Source: a virus. Taken from it: 13,399 nucleotides of DNA. Position numbers and translations under genes: made by a program. The stretch lies in the UHGV virus genome UHGV-0349718. One strand, 5' to 3'. Below the pieces are notes generated by a model, which ran no database searches, was not told the origin of the DNA, and was given only the letters and a program-made list of their open reading frames with translations. Below are positions 1-6,976 of the stretch, one piece after another; position 1 is the first letter of the stretch, and each line of letters starts with the position of its first letter.

Positions 1-336
1 GCCACTACCTATTCTGAAACCCAGAATATGACGGTATTTGCTGATCACTTCATAGCTAATAAAGCTCAGAACTTTGAGGCTGTTGCACAATATCAGTTCG
101 ATTTTGGGCTGCGTCCGTCCGTTGCTTACCTGCAATCTAAAGGTAAGGATCTCGGAGTATGGGGCGATCAAGACTTAGTTAAATATGTTGATGTAGGCGC
201 AACCTATTACTTCAACAAAAATATGTCTACTTTCGTTGATTACAAAATCAACCTGCTTGACAAAAATGATTTCACCAGAGGTCTTGGTATAAACACCGAC
301 GATATTGTTGCTGTTGGTATGGTTTACCAGTTCTAA
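1..336 (+). CDS. Outer membrane general porin, C-terminal fragment (OmpC/OmpF/NmpC family); 5' end lies outside the window
   Basis: Frame 1 is open from position 1; translation ends ...[12 protein letters not shown], the aromatic C-terminal beta-strand typical of enterobacterial general porins. Sits convergent to Q, as the nmpC-type porin moron does in DLP12-like prophages. Confidence 0.8.
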   Translation, partial: ATTYSETQNMTVFADHFIANKAQNFEAVAQYQFDFGLRPSVAYLQSKGKDLGVWGDQDLVKYVDVGATYYFNKNMSTFVDYKINLLDKNDFTRGLGINTDDIVAVGMVYQF

Positions 337-476
337 TCTTTTTATTAAAAAAGATATGTTGTGAGGAGATATTTATCTCCTCATAACATGTGGGTGACGC
401 CCTTACGTCACTGCATTAAGAAAGACATTTTTGTCTTTTCTTTTTAACCTTCTGTTATTTATTACCCTAAATTTCT

Positions 477-501
477 GGGGCGTTTTTACGCCCCCTTTTT
501 T
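477..501 (+). terminator. Rho-independent terminator downstream of the porin gene
   Basis: GGGGCG-ttttta-CGCCCC hairpin (477-494) followed directly by a T-run (496-501) on the plus strand. Confidence 0.7.
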
Positions 502-526
502 ATTCGGTTTTGTTTGCTAGCGTTAG

Positions 527-910
527 TCAATTACACCTGCCAACTTCAGGATCCATCTCAAGACGCACTCCCAATGCCATCAACATCCCCTCGACTATTC
601 CTTCGGCCTTCTGAAGTCTTTTGCCTATATATCCATCAGAACAATAATGCTTACGGGCCAGTGCCATAAACGTCATTCCTCTTACGTAATAATCCACCAG
701 CAAATCATGCAAATCACTGTCGTTCTTTTTCAGGCGAGCCATACACCCACAAATAACCATTGCATCATCATCACTACATTGCGGACGTGATTTAACCTTT
801 GGTGGAATAAGCCCCTTGAATCCGGCGGCAATAGATGGCCAGGTAACATCCTCGTGGTTATTTGCCACCCATGCCCCCCAACGCTCAAGAACCATCTGAA
901 TATCACGCAT
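527..910 (-). CDS. Late-gene antitermination protein Q (phage 82 / QuuD-like family)
   Basis: 127-aa ORF starting [14 protein letters not shown]... with Cys-rich core ([16 protein letters not shown]) typical of Q antiterminators; ATG at 910 overlaps the stop of the upstream gene by 1 nt. Confidence 0.8.
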   Translation of the reverse strand: MRDIQMVLERWGAWVANNHEDVTWPSIAAGFKGLIPPKVKSRPQCSDDDAMVICGCMARLKKNDSDLHDLLVDYYVRGMTFMALARKHYCSDGYIGKRLQKAEGIVEGMLMALGVRLEMDPEVGRCN

Positions 911-1167
911 CAGCGCAGTACCTCCTGCACCAGCTTTTCAAACCTTCCAACTTTGGTTTCCAGCTCTGCCACACAATCCACCAGCTCATCCACTGCTTTT
1001 TGTGCGCGGTGTTTCGCCTGCATCAGTTCCCTGAGCGCCGGCACCATATCCCGACGAATGGCATCTTTTGTTACACCCGTCTTTTCCAGTTGTTCAGCAT
1101 GACGCAACATTTCCTGTGCCTGTTTACGTAATTGTTCAGGGGTAAAAGGTATTGTCTGGTTGTTCAA
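910..1167 (-). CDS. Hypothetical phage protein (85 aa, predicted coiled-coil); apparent TTG start
   Basis: ORF between helicase and Q; first codon is TTG overlapping the helicase TGA (TTGA), with GGAG 8 nt upstream. No recognisable domain. Confidence 0.5.
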   Translation of the reverse strand: MNNQTIPFTPEQLRKQAQEMLRHAEQLEKTGVTKDAIRRDMVPALRELMQAKHRAQKAVDELVDCVAELETKVGRFEKLVQEVLR

Positions 1168-2555
1168 AAGAAACGCTCCATCTTACTGCTGTCAGTTCGT
1201 TTGTTGCTGTATCTGCGCGGCTGGGATGGCCGCATTGGGGTGGAAAGAACCTGTGCGCTTTCCTGGTCTACGGGCAGAAAATGTCCATTATAAAAACGCC
1301 GGTAAATCGTCCCCAGAGAACCGTTACGTTGTTTCGTGATATTGATTTCCGCGATACCCCTGGCCTGCGTATCCGGGTTGTATACTTCATCCCTGTAAAG
1401 CATCAGAATGATGTCCGCATCCGCCTCTATTTCTCCGGAATTTTTCAGATCTGAGTTCATGGGACGTTTATTAGGTCTGGATTCCACACCGCGGGAGAGC
1501 TGGCTCAGCGCAATTAACGGAAAACCACCTGATTTTGCCAGGCCTTTAAGCCCTTTTGATATTTCACCCACGGCAAGGTCATGACGACCTGTGGTTCGGG
1601 TTTTTATCAGTCCGAGATAATCAACCACCACCAGCGCCGTTTCCGGATGTTTAATCAGGTGGTGTTTCGTTGTTGCACATATCTCATCAATGGTCAGGTT
1701 CGCCTGGTCCACCATCCAGATATTGCGCCCGGTCATCCGCCCCACTCCTTGTGAGAAACGTGCCCAGTCTTCGTCTTCAAAGTGAGTGACAGATTTCAGG
1801 CGTGATACCGGCATTCCTCCAGCCGCAGATACCATGCGTTCACCAATCTGGATGTTCGCCATTTCCATTGTGAACAGAAGAACATCATGCCCCTGCTCAG
1901 TCACCTTGTCGATGATATCCAGCGCCAGTTCGGTTTTGCCCATTGACGGACGAGCCGCAATGAACACCAGGTCGCCGGGTTCCATGCCGCCTGTTTTTGC
2001 GTCCAGTTCATCAATACCGGTCATCAACGCCCTGGATTTCTCCAGCCCCTGATTCCGGCATTCAACACGCTCAACCACCTCCGGAAGCACATCATCAATA
2101 TGTATCGGCTGAATAATGCCCTTTTCCGTCGACAATGAAGCCATCATGTTCTGCGCATCCTTCAGGGCATCTTCAGCTGCTTCACAGGTATGCGCATCAC
2201 GTAATTTCTGCAGCGCCTCATTCAGTGTTTTTTCTGCATCACGCAATGCAGCATTGCGCCGTAACGCTGCAACATAGTGCTCCAGTGAAGACTTCACCCA
2301 GGTTTTACGTCCGGTGTCGGTAATCACCGGGGCTAGTTCCGGCATCTCATTGCACAGCAGCACAGGATCAATCACACCTGAAACACGGGCCTGTCTGCAG
2401 ATGCCTGTGTAGATATCCCGATACGCTCGTACAGAAAAAACGTCCGCCGGTAGTGTGGCCAAAATATCCATCACTTCATGATCTGTCCCTCGCAGAAAGA
2501 ACGCGCCAATGACAGCACCTTCCAGGTCATCGTTACGCCAGACTGGTGTTGTCAT
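1164..2555 (-). CDS. Replicative DNA helicase, DnaB-like
   Basis: Walker A in ...FIAARPSMGKTELALD... plus DnaB-type C-terminal RecA-like domain motifs. ATG at 2555 preceded by GAGGTG 7 nt upstream and overlapping the upstream stop (ATGA). The ORF-track N-terminal extension to 2663 is discounted. Confidence 0.9.
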   Translation of the reverse strand: MTTPVWRNDDLEGAVIGAFFLRGTDHEVMDILATLPADVFSVRAYRDIYTGICRQARVSGVIDPVLLCNEMPELAPVITDTGRKTWVKSSLEHYVAALRRNAALRDAEKTLNEALQKLRDAHTCEAAEDALKDAQNMMASLSTEKGIIQPIHIDDVLPEVVERVECRNQGLEKSRALMTGIDELDAKTGGMEPGDLVFIAARPSMGKTELALDIIDKVTEQGHDVLLFTMEMANIQIGERMVSAAGGMPVSRLKSVTHFEDEDWARFSQGVGRMTGRNIWMVDQANLTIDEICATTKHHLIKHPETALVVVDYLGLIKTRTTGRHDLAVGEISKGLKGLAKSGGFPLIALSQLSRGVESRPNKRPMNSDLKNSGEIEADADIILMLYRDEVYNPDTQARGIAEINITKQRNGSLGTIYRRFYNGHFLPVDQESAQVLSTPMRPSQPRRYSNKRTDSSKMERFF

Positions 2556-3430
2556 GCAGCCACACCTCTGATACGAGAACGGTAGCTGGGCCAGTTGAAC
2601 GACAACCAGTTGCGCCCCCCGTCTGTGATCCTGTCGGCAATGCGGGGGCTGATGAACGCCCACAACTCTTCCGGTGAAAGGTTGCTGATCAGGATGGTGG
2701 GCAGGATACTTTCGTACCGGGCATTGATAATTTCCTGCAAAATAGCCATTTCAGCCGCGCTGCCAAACTGAACACCAACTTCGTCGATGATCAGCAAATC
2801 CATTGACGCATAATGCTCAATAACTTCATCCGCTGTTTTTTCGCTGTCATTCCGCCAGCAGTTTTTCACAGCACGGGTAAGACGCATCACGTCGGTGATC
2901 TCCACACTGGCCAGATAGTTACGGATGATGTGTTTTGCCATTGATACCGCCAGATGATTTTTCCCGGTTCCGCAACTACCGGTCATAACAAGACTGGTAC
3001 CGTTCTCCAGCATATCTGGCCAGTTCTCCGCATAGCGGCGACAGGCTGCAAGATTTCTGGCCGCGTCAGGATTAACCTCCAGATAATTATCAAACTCGCA
3101 GTCCCGAAAACGCAGGGCAATTCCGGCGTTATCAGTCAGCTCTTCCGCCTTGAGGGACGACAACTCCATGGTCAAATCGTTGGCCTCAGCGATCAAGCAG
3201 TCAGGGCAGCATGAAATTTTTTCTCTGTCCTCGCCATTACGATCGCTCCACACCAGTATATGCGTACTGTATTTACCGTGTTTTTCGCAATATCCGCGAC
3301 CTTCGCGCATCAGGCAGGAACGATAAGGCCATGGCTTTTCGCCCTTCTGAGCAAATGCAATCTCTGCCCGTAACTCATCCATTTGCGCCTGTAGTCTTTT
3401 TTGTTGTTCACACAGGTTAAACGTCATCAT
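2552..3430 (-). CDS. DnaC/IstB-like AAA+ ATPase (putative helicase loader) with Cys-rich N-terminal region
   Basis: Walker A GSCGTGKNHLA and Walker B LLIIDEVG; N-terminal CxxxxC...CCPDC cluster. ATG at 3430 with GAGGTG 7 nt upstream; the ORF-track start at 3439 is a GTG. Confidence 0.8.
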   Translation of the reverse strand: MMTFNLCEQQKRLQAQMDELRAEIAFAQKGEKPWPYRSCLMREGRGYCEKHGKYSTHILVWSDRNGEDREKISCCPDCLIAEANDLTMELSSLKAEELTDNAGIALRFRDCEFDNYLEVNPDAARNLAACRRYAENWPDMLENGTSLVMTGSCGTGKNHLAVSMAKHIIRNYLASVEITDVMRLTRAVKNCWRNDSEKTADEVIEHYASMDLLIIDEVGVQFGSAAEMAILQEIINARYESILPTILISNLSPEELWAFISPRIADRITDGGRNWLSFNWPSYRSRIRGVAA

Positions 3431-3440
3431 CGCTGCCACC

Positions 3441-4265
3441 TCAGAATGTCAGTTTGTCACTGGATTTACCGAATTTGTCAGACATGGCTCCCAGGCCAGC
3501 CAGGACATCGACCTGTCGCTGTCGCCCACCTCCGGGAGCGGCTGGCTGTTGCCAGAAGTCTTCGAAGTGACGATCGGGTCCAAAGAACGTCGCTGCCTGC
3601 TTCACGAACTGTGTGCCGGTATTTCCTGTAGCACGTACCCAAGCGGCATAACGTCTCACACCATCAAGCATGGTCTCCGGTTTTATTCCCTCCCTGAGAC
3701 GGGCTTTCCAGGCTTTGAAGGCTGCCGACTTGGAATTACCACCAGCACGTTTGGGATATTCCTGCCAGGCCTGTTCAAATTCTGGTGAATATTCCTGTCG
3801 GGCAGAGCGCGCTGGTGCAGACGCGTCAGCGGATGCGCCAATTGTTGGTTCATTGACTGGTTCTTTGACTGGTTCAAAAGAGTGACTGGTTCTGGGTGAA
3901 TCTCCTGCACTACCCCCTAGTGCAACTCCTGCACTACCTAGTGAATCTGCTGCACTAGGTAGTGAATTATTTGCACTACCCCCTGGTGAATCTTTTACAC
4001 CATCAAGGCGAAGGAGATAAATATTGCTCGAATTCCCTTTTTCACCTTTCCGGGAAACTTTTTTTACCAGCCCGGACTCGCAAAGCGCTGCGATATGATT
4101 CATCACAGAACGTTTACTGATTTCGCACTGATCAGCGATATGCTGGTAACTTGGCCAGCACTCCCCCTGATCGCTGGCATTATCCGCCAGCTTAACCAGA
4201 ACAAGTTTTCGCAATGGATTCCCCACACGAATTTTCATCGCTTTAACCATCAGCTCCATGCTCAT
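3441..4265 (-). CDS. Phage replication initiation protein (O-like; N-terminal winged-HTH replication domain, low-complexity linker, conserved C-terminal domain)
   Basis: N-terminus NPLRKLVLVKLADNASDQGECWPSYQHIADQCEISKRSVMNHIAALCESGLV resembles HTH replication-initiator domains; sits immediately upstream of the loader and helicase; iteron-like repeats lie inside the linker-coding part. GGAGGT 5 nt upstream of the ATG. Confidence 0.7.
   Translation of the reverse strand: MSMELMVKAMKIRVGNPLRKLVLVKLADNASDQGECWPSYQHIADQCEISKRSVMNHIAALCESGLVKKVSRKGEKGNSSNIYLLRLDGVKDSPGGSANNSLPSAADSLGSAGVALGGSAGDSPRTSHSFEPVKEPVNEPTIGASADASAPARSARQEYSPEFEQAWQEYPKRAGGNSKSAAFKAWKARLREGIKPETMLDGVRRYAAWVRATGNTGTQFVKQAATFFGPDRHFEDFWQQPAAPGGGRQRQVDVLAGLGAMSDKFGKSSDKLTF
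3853..3994. repeat. Iteron-like direct and inverted repeats inside the initiator gene (candidate phage origin of replication)
   Basis: TGACTGGTTC three times (3854, 3866, 3883); TGCACTA(C/G) four times (3906, 3930, 3951, 3973); GTGAAT four times; perfect 12-bp inverted repeat CACTACCTAGTG (3932-3943) / CACTAGGTAGTG (3953-3964); moderately AT-rich stretch at 4011-4070. Confidence 0.6.
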
Positions 4266-4486
4266 AGAGCACCTCCCAGGCGTTTAAACATTTTTCCGGA
4301 CTGAAACGCCATCAACGGATAGCTAATGGTGTAGTTACGCCCCAGTAATTCACACACAACTTTCTGGCTTTCGGTACTGACCAGGCAAACCCGCAGAACG
4401 TGACCGTTGCTGGTGGCAAACCACTGCCCCACACGGGGGCAACGGTTGTATCGGTGATACAGAGAATTCACAACGCGACGAATCAT
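4262..4486 (-). CDS. Hypothetical phage protein (74 aa)
   Basis: ORF with GGAGGT 5 nt upstream of the ATG; ATGA overlaps with both neighbours. No recognisable domain. Confidence 0.5.
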   Translation of the reverse strand: MIRRVVNSLYHRYNRCPRVGQWFATSNGHVLRVCLVSTESQKVVCELLGRNYTISYPLMAFQSGKMFKRLGGAL

Positions 4487-4677
4487 GGGCGCACCTCCGC
4501 CGTAGTGATGTATTTAACCGGACTGCCTTTCATTGCGATGGTTTCACACATCTCCGCTGCTTTACGTTCCGCTGTTTTCCTAGATTTATAGCGGCGGTGC
4601 CAGACAGACGTATCCGTGCGAACTGATACATCGTTTCTGTATTCAGTTGTGGAAATAATAATTTCGTAACTAATCAT
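4483..4677 (-). CDS. Hypothetical phage protein (64 aa)
   Basis: ATG at 4677 overlaps the stop of the 220-aa gene (ATGA), with GGAGGT 6 nt upstream; the track ORF begins 5 codons earlier at 4692. Confidence 0.5.
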   Translation of the reverse strand: MISYEIIISTTEYRNDVSVRTDTSVWHRRYKSRKTAERKAAEMCETIAMKGSPVKYITTAEVRP

Positions 4678-5336
4678 GGACGCACCTCCCATTGATTACG
4701 GCGGAAAGCGGTGTGATTCAGGTTAGTTTCTGCCTCATGGAATGCTTCAATACAGCTCTCGTAGTACCGCATTGTGCGGAGACTTAACCCAAGCTGAAGC
4801 ATCATCAAACCATCAAGGGTGATGTAATAACCATGCAGAGAATCACCATAGATGTGATAAGTACCCGGTATGAAATTGCAGGTAAAAAATTCGCGCGAGC
4901 AGTTCAGATACTCGATTTTGTCGACGATGTTCTGGTGCATGCGCTTGAAATGACAGGCAACATGCAGAGAGAAAATAACGGCCTTGCCGTTGACGACTTC
5001 GATTTTGAGAAATGGGGAAGTTGGGACAGTAGCCATGATGGCAGCCTCCTTGAGCAGTGAAAAACTTCCACCACCGGAGGTTCCAAGCTCGCTGGTGGCG
5101 GACTGAACAGGGTTGGAACTACCGGCGCTCAAGGAAACCGGCGAGCCTTTCGGCTCCCCTGCCCAGCCCACCATAATTCTGGCGTGCGCGAGCATGGACG
5201 ATAAAAAAGACGCTGGCGCGTCGTATATCGCCTCGAGCAATTCCGGGGTTCCAATCCCGGCACCCGCTTTATAAGGTGCGGAGACAGTGTAACGTCCCGA
5301 AATTGCAGAATCAATATTTAGGCTTGAAACATTCAT
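4674..5336 (-). CDS. Hypothetical phage protein (220 aa) with a Ser/Gly-rich low-complexity linker
   Basis: Long ORF heading the overlapping chain; weak SD; central stretch SAGSSNPVQSATSELGTSGGGS. No recognisable domain. Confidence 0.5.
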   Translation of the reverse strand: MNVSSLNIDSAISGRYTVSAPYKAGAGIGTPELLEAIYDAPASFLSSMLAHARIMVGWAGEPKGSPVSLSAGSSNPVQSATSELGTSGGGSFSLLKEAAIMATVPTSPFLKIEVVNGKAVIFSLHVACHFKRMHQNIVDKIEYLNCSREFFTCNFIPGTYHIYGDSLHGYYITLDGLMMLQLGLSLRTMRYYESCIEAFHEAETNLNHTAFRRNQWEVRP

Positions 5337-5425
5337 ATGCTTACTGGTATTTTTACTAACGCAAATGTTCTTGGATGTTACTGGCTTACTTCTTTTGTGA
5401 AGTTGCCTTTACTAACGTTGAGCGA

Positions 5426-5450
5426 GCCGGGCCACTGCCCGGCTTTTTTT
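5426..5450 (+). terminator. GC-rich hairpin with plus-strand T-tail (intrinsic terminator oriented against the surrounding operon)
   Basis: GCCGGGC-cact-GCCCGGC (5426-5443) followed by TTTTTTT (5444-5450) on the plus strand; abuts the stop codon of the minus-strand Rha-like gene. Confidence 0.5.
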
Positions 5451-6163
5451 CACCGCTGCCAACCAATAACCTGAAATAACCCCATTTTCGGGTGATACCA
5501 GCGAGTCCCTCGCGGTTCTGCTTCCTCCATAACCCGATAAAAAGCAGCCATAAACGGTTCCACAGCAACAATTGCGCGACGTGATAACAATCCATCCGGT
5601 GTCATAAACTCGTGAGTATCGGTAGGAATTTGATAAGCGTTCACCAGATTGCGGCATTTATCATCTGACAAACCGGTTTTCGCTTTCAGTTGGCGATATC
5701 CGGCATAGCCCTCACGAACGGTGCCCTTTTTAATTTGCTCGACTGTTTCGGCAACATGGCTGACTTTTTCTTCCACCTGAGTGATCCGTTTCTGTTGGCG
5801 AACGGCTTCAAGAGCCATCGCGGCAACCATTTCGATTTCGCTCATTGGCTTACGGATCTGTTCTTCCAGTTCGCGCCAGCGATCTACCAGGCGGGCTGTG
5901 AATTCGGGACAAAGCCGTGCGACGACAATGATGCTGTCGCGTTTGCCTCGTTCACCTTCGAAAAGATAATGCTTACTTTTTTGAGTTAAACCTAACCCAT
6001 TGATATTTTCAGAAATCCCCATTGGGGGAAGCTGAATAATCCTTCGTTCAGCAAGGCGCTCAATGGATTGTTTCACTTTGTCATGGCGGCTGCCCACCAG
6101 CTCTGCGATTTCAACGCTGGTCATGGATGCTTTGCCGTTAAAAATTGCGGTGTTCACTGCCAT
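5450..6163 (-). CDS. Phage regulatory protein, Rha-like (putative)
   Basis: N-terminal ...SMTSVEIAELVGSRHDKVKQSIERL... resembles the Rha family motif. Start uncertain: ATG at 6163 sits directly after AAGGAG; the ORF-track start is 6199. Confidence 0.5.
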   Translation of the reverse strand: MAVNTAIFNGKASMTSVEIAELVGSRHDKVKQSIERLAERRIIQLPPMGISENINGLGLTQKSKHYLFEGERGKRDSIIVVARLCPEFTARLVDRWRELEEQIRKPMSEIEMVAAMALEAVRQQKRITQVEEKVSHVAETVEQIKKGTVREGYAGYRQLKAKTGLSDDKCRNLVNAYQIPTDTHEFMTPDGLLSRRAIVAVEPFMAAFYRVMEEAEPRGTRWYHPKMGLFQVIGWQR

Positions 6164-6276
6164 CTCCTTACGGATAAATTCTTTTAAGATTCCGCACATT
6201 CGTACTTGTTGGTGCCGAACCTTCCTTCAGTTATCTTTTTGATCCCTATAAACAAAAGAACCAAAGGAGGTTCGAC

Positions 6277-6357
6277 ATGTCACAAAAAAAAACGATATTC
6301 CTGTTTTTCCTATTACAGCCTGGCAGGCTGGACCATTGCCCGGTTATGGTGCGCTAG
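6277..6357 (+). CDS. Small ORF (26 aa, MSQKKTIFLFFLLQPGRLDHCPVMVR) with a near-perfect Shine-Dalgarno, antisense to the leftward operon
   Basis: AAAGGAGGT at 6262-6270, 6 nt before the ATG at 6277; hydrophobic core; too short for the ORF track. Confidence 0.35.
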   Translation: MSQKKTIFLFFLLQPGRLDHCPVMVR

Positions 6358-6560
6358 CATTAAAATTCCAGTACCTGACTTCCCCTATGCAACCACTGGA
6401 TTCAGCACAAGAAACTCAGTTCTTCGCGCTTACTCCCGAAATGACTGAGACTTTGATCTCCGATCTGCGCCGACATATTGAGACGCTGAAAAAATCCGGT
6501 ATTCACAGCCCACAAGAAAACAGGCATTAATCGAAAAAACGGTTGCCGCATAATTTCTTG

Positions 6561-6590
6561 AAAAGCGTCGCGCACTGGCGCTTTTCATTT
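6561..6590. terminator. Candidate bidirectional intrinsic terminator (tR1-like downstream of cro, and end of a plus-strand unit)
   Basis: Hairpin GCGTCG-cgcac-TGGCGC (6565-6581) flanked by AAAA upstream and TTTT downstream, giving a U-tail on either strand. Confidence 0.45.
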
Positions 6591-6614
6591 CTCTACGATC
6601 AACAAGCATGCACC

Positions 6615-6857
6615 TCACTCCTCCCCCGTGTGCGCTAAGCTTGGGTGTGGGAAAAGCTCTGGTAGATCTGGACGAAATTCATACGATTGGATCTTTCCGT
6701 CGACAGCTGCAACCAATAACGGCACAAATTCGGGTGAAATCTTGTTCTTGCAGTTAAGCCAATCACAGACTGTTGATTGAGCCTTTCCGCATCGCTTGGC
6801 TAAGGCTTGTTGGCTCCCAAGAATCTCAATGGCTTTTTCTATAGCTTTATGTTTCAT
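6615..6857 (-). CDS. cro: Cro-like HTH transcriptional regulator (80 aa)
   Basis: HTH motif ...GSQQALAKRCGKAQSTVCDWLN...; divergent from the CI-like repressor; ATG at 6857 with AGGAG 8 nt upstream (track ORF starts further upstream at 6929). Confidence 0.7.
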   Translation of the reverse strand: MKHKAIEKAIEILGSQQALAKRCGKAQSTVCDWLNCKNKISPEFVPLLVAAVDGKIQSYEFRPDLPELFPHPSLAHTGEE

Positions 6858-6976
6858 AATCGCATCTCCTATTGACGACATATTATCAATAGGTAAATCG
6901 ATATTCAACGTTAAACCTAGAAGTTTCATCGGAAAGCCGATAAACTGCCCAACATAGAGAGGAGAGGAAGATCACA
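6858..6976. promoter_or_regulatory. Divergent cI-cro control region (OR-like): operator palindrome and PR-like promoter
   Basis: Palindrome CCTATTGA-N10-TCAATAGG (6868-6893). On the minus strand, -35 TTGAAT (6908-6903), 17-nt spacer, -10 TAATAT (6885-6880), overlapping the palindrome. Strong SD GGAGAGGAAG precedes the cI ATG at 6977. Confidence 0.6.

Noticed and set aside
854-1131. Plus-strand ORFs 854-1102 and 862-1131 (82 and 89 aa)
   Set aside because: They lie antisense to Q and the 85-aa gene, are low-complexity (Ser/Thr/Cys-rich), and have no RBS; taken as shadow ORFs.
1152-2323. Plus-strand ORFs inside the helicase gene (1152-1454, 1786-2052, 2135-2323)
   Set aside because: Antisense to a confidently identified DnaB-like gene; no RBS, no motifs.
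2556-2663. N-terminal extension of the helicase ORF to 2663 (499 aa in the ORF track)
   Set aside because: The extension overlaps the loader gene in another frame. An ATG at 2555 with GAGGTG 7 nt upstream and an ATGA overlap gives a canonical coupled start.
2954-3631. Plus-strand ORFs 2954-3214, 3211-3420, 3401-3631
   Set aside because: Antisense to the DnaC-like and initiator genes; no RBS; composition typical of shadow frames.
3853-3994. Repeat cluster considered as a CRISPR array
   Set aside because: Repeats are 8-12 bp, irregularly spaced, lie inside a coding sequence and keep the reading frame; this is consistent with iterons, not with CRISPR repeat-spacer architecture.
4833-5314. ORFs 4833-5060 (+), 4904-5086 (-) and 5129-5314 (-) inside or opposite the 220-aa gene
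   Set aside because: Nested or antisense to the longer coupled ORF; no independent start signals.
5386-6199. Minus-strand ORFs 5386-5595 and 5412-5657, plus-strand ORFs 5690-5989 and 5781-5969, and the 6199 start of the Rha-like ORF
   Set aside because: All overlap the Rha-like gene in other frames or on the opposite strand. The 6199 start has no RBS, whereas 6163 follows AAGGAG.
6336-6530. Plus-strand ORF 6336-6530 (64 aa from TTG; 47 aa from ATG 6387)
   Set aside because: No RBS before either start; kept only as part of the finding on the cro-proximal gap, not as a feature.
6430-6618. Minus-strand ORF directly after cro (62 aa, Arg-rich, GTG start)
   Set aside because: No RBS, biased composition, and it runs through the hairpin at 6561-6590; more likely non-coding, though a degenerate cII remnant cannot be excluded.
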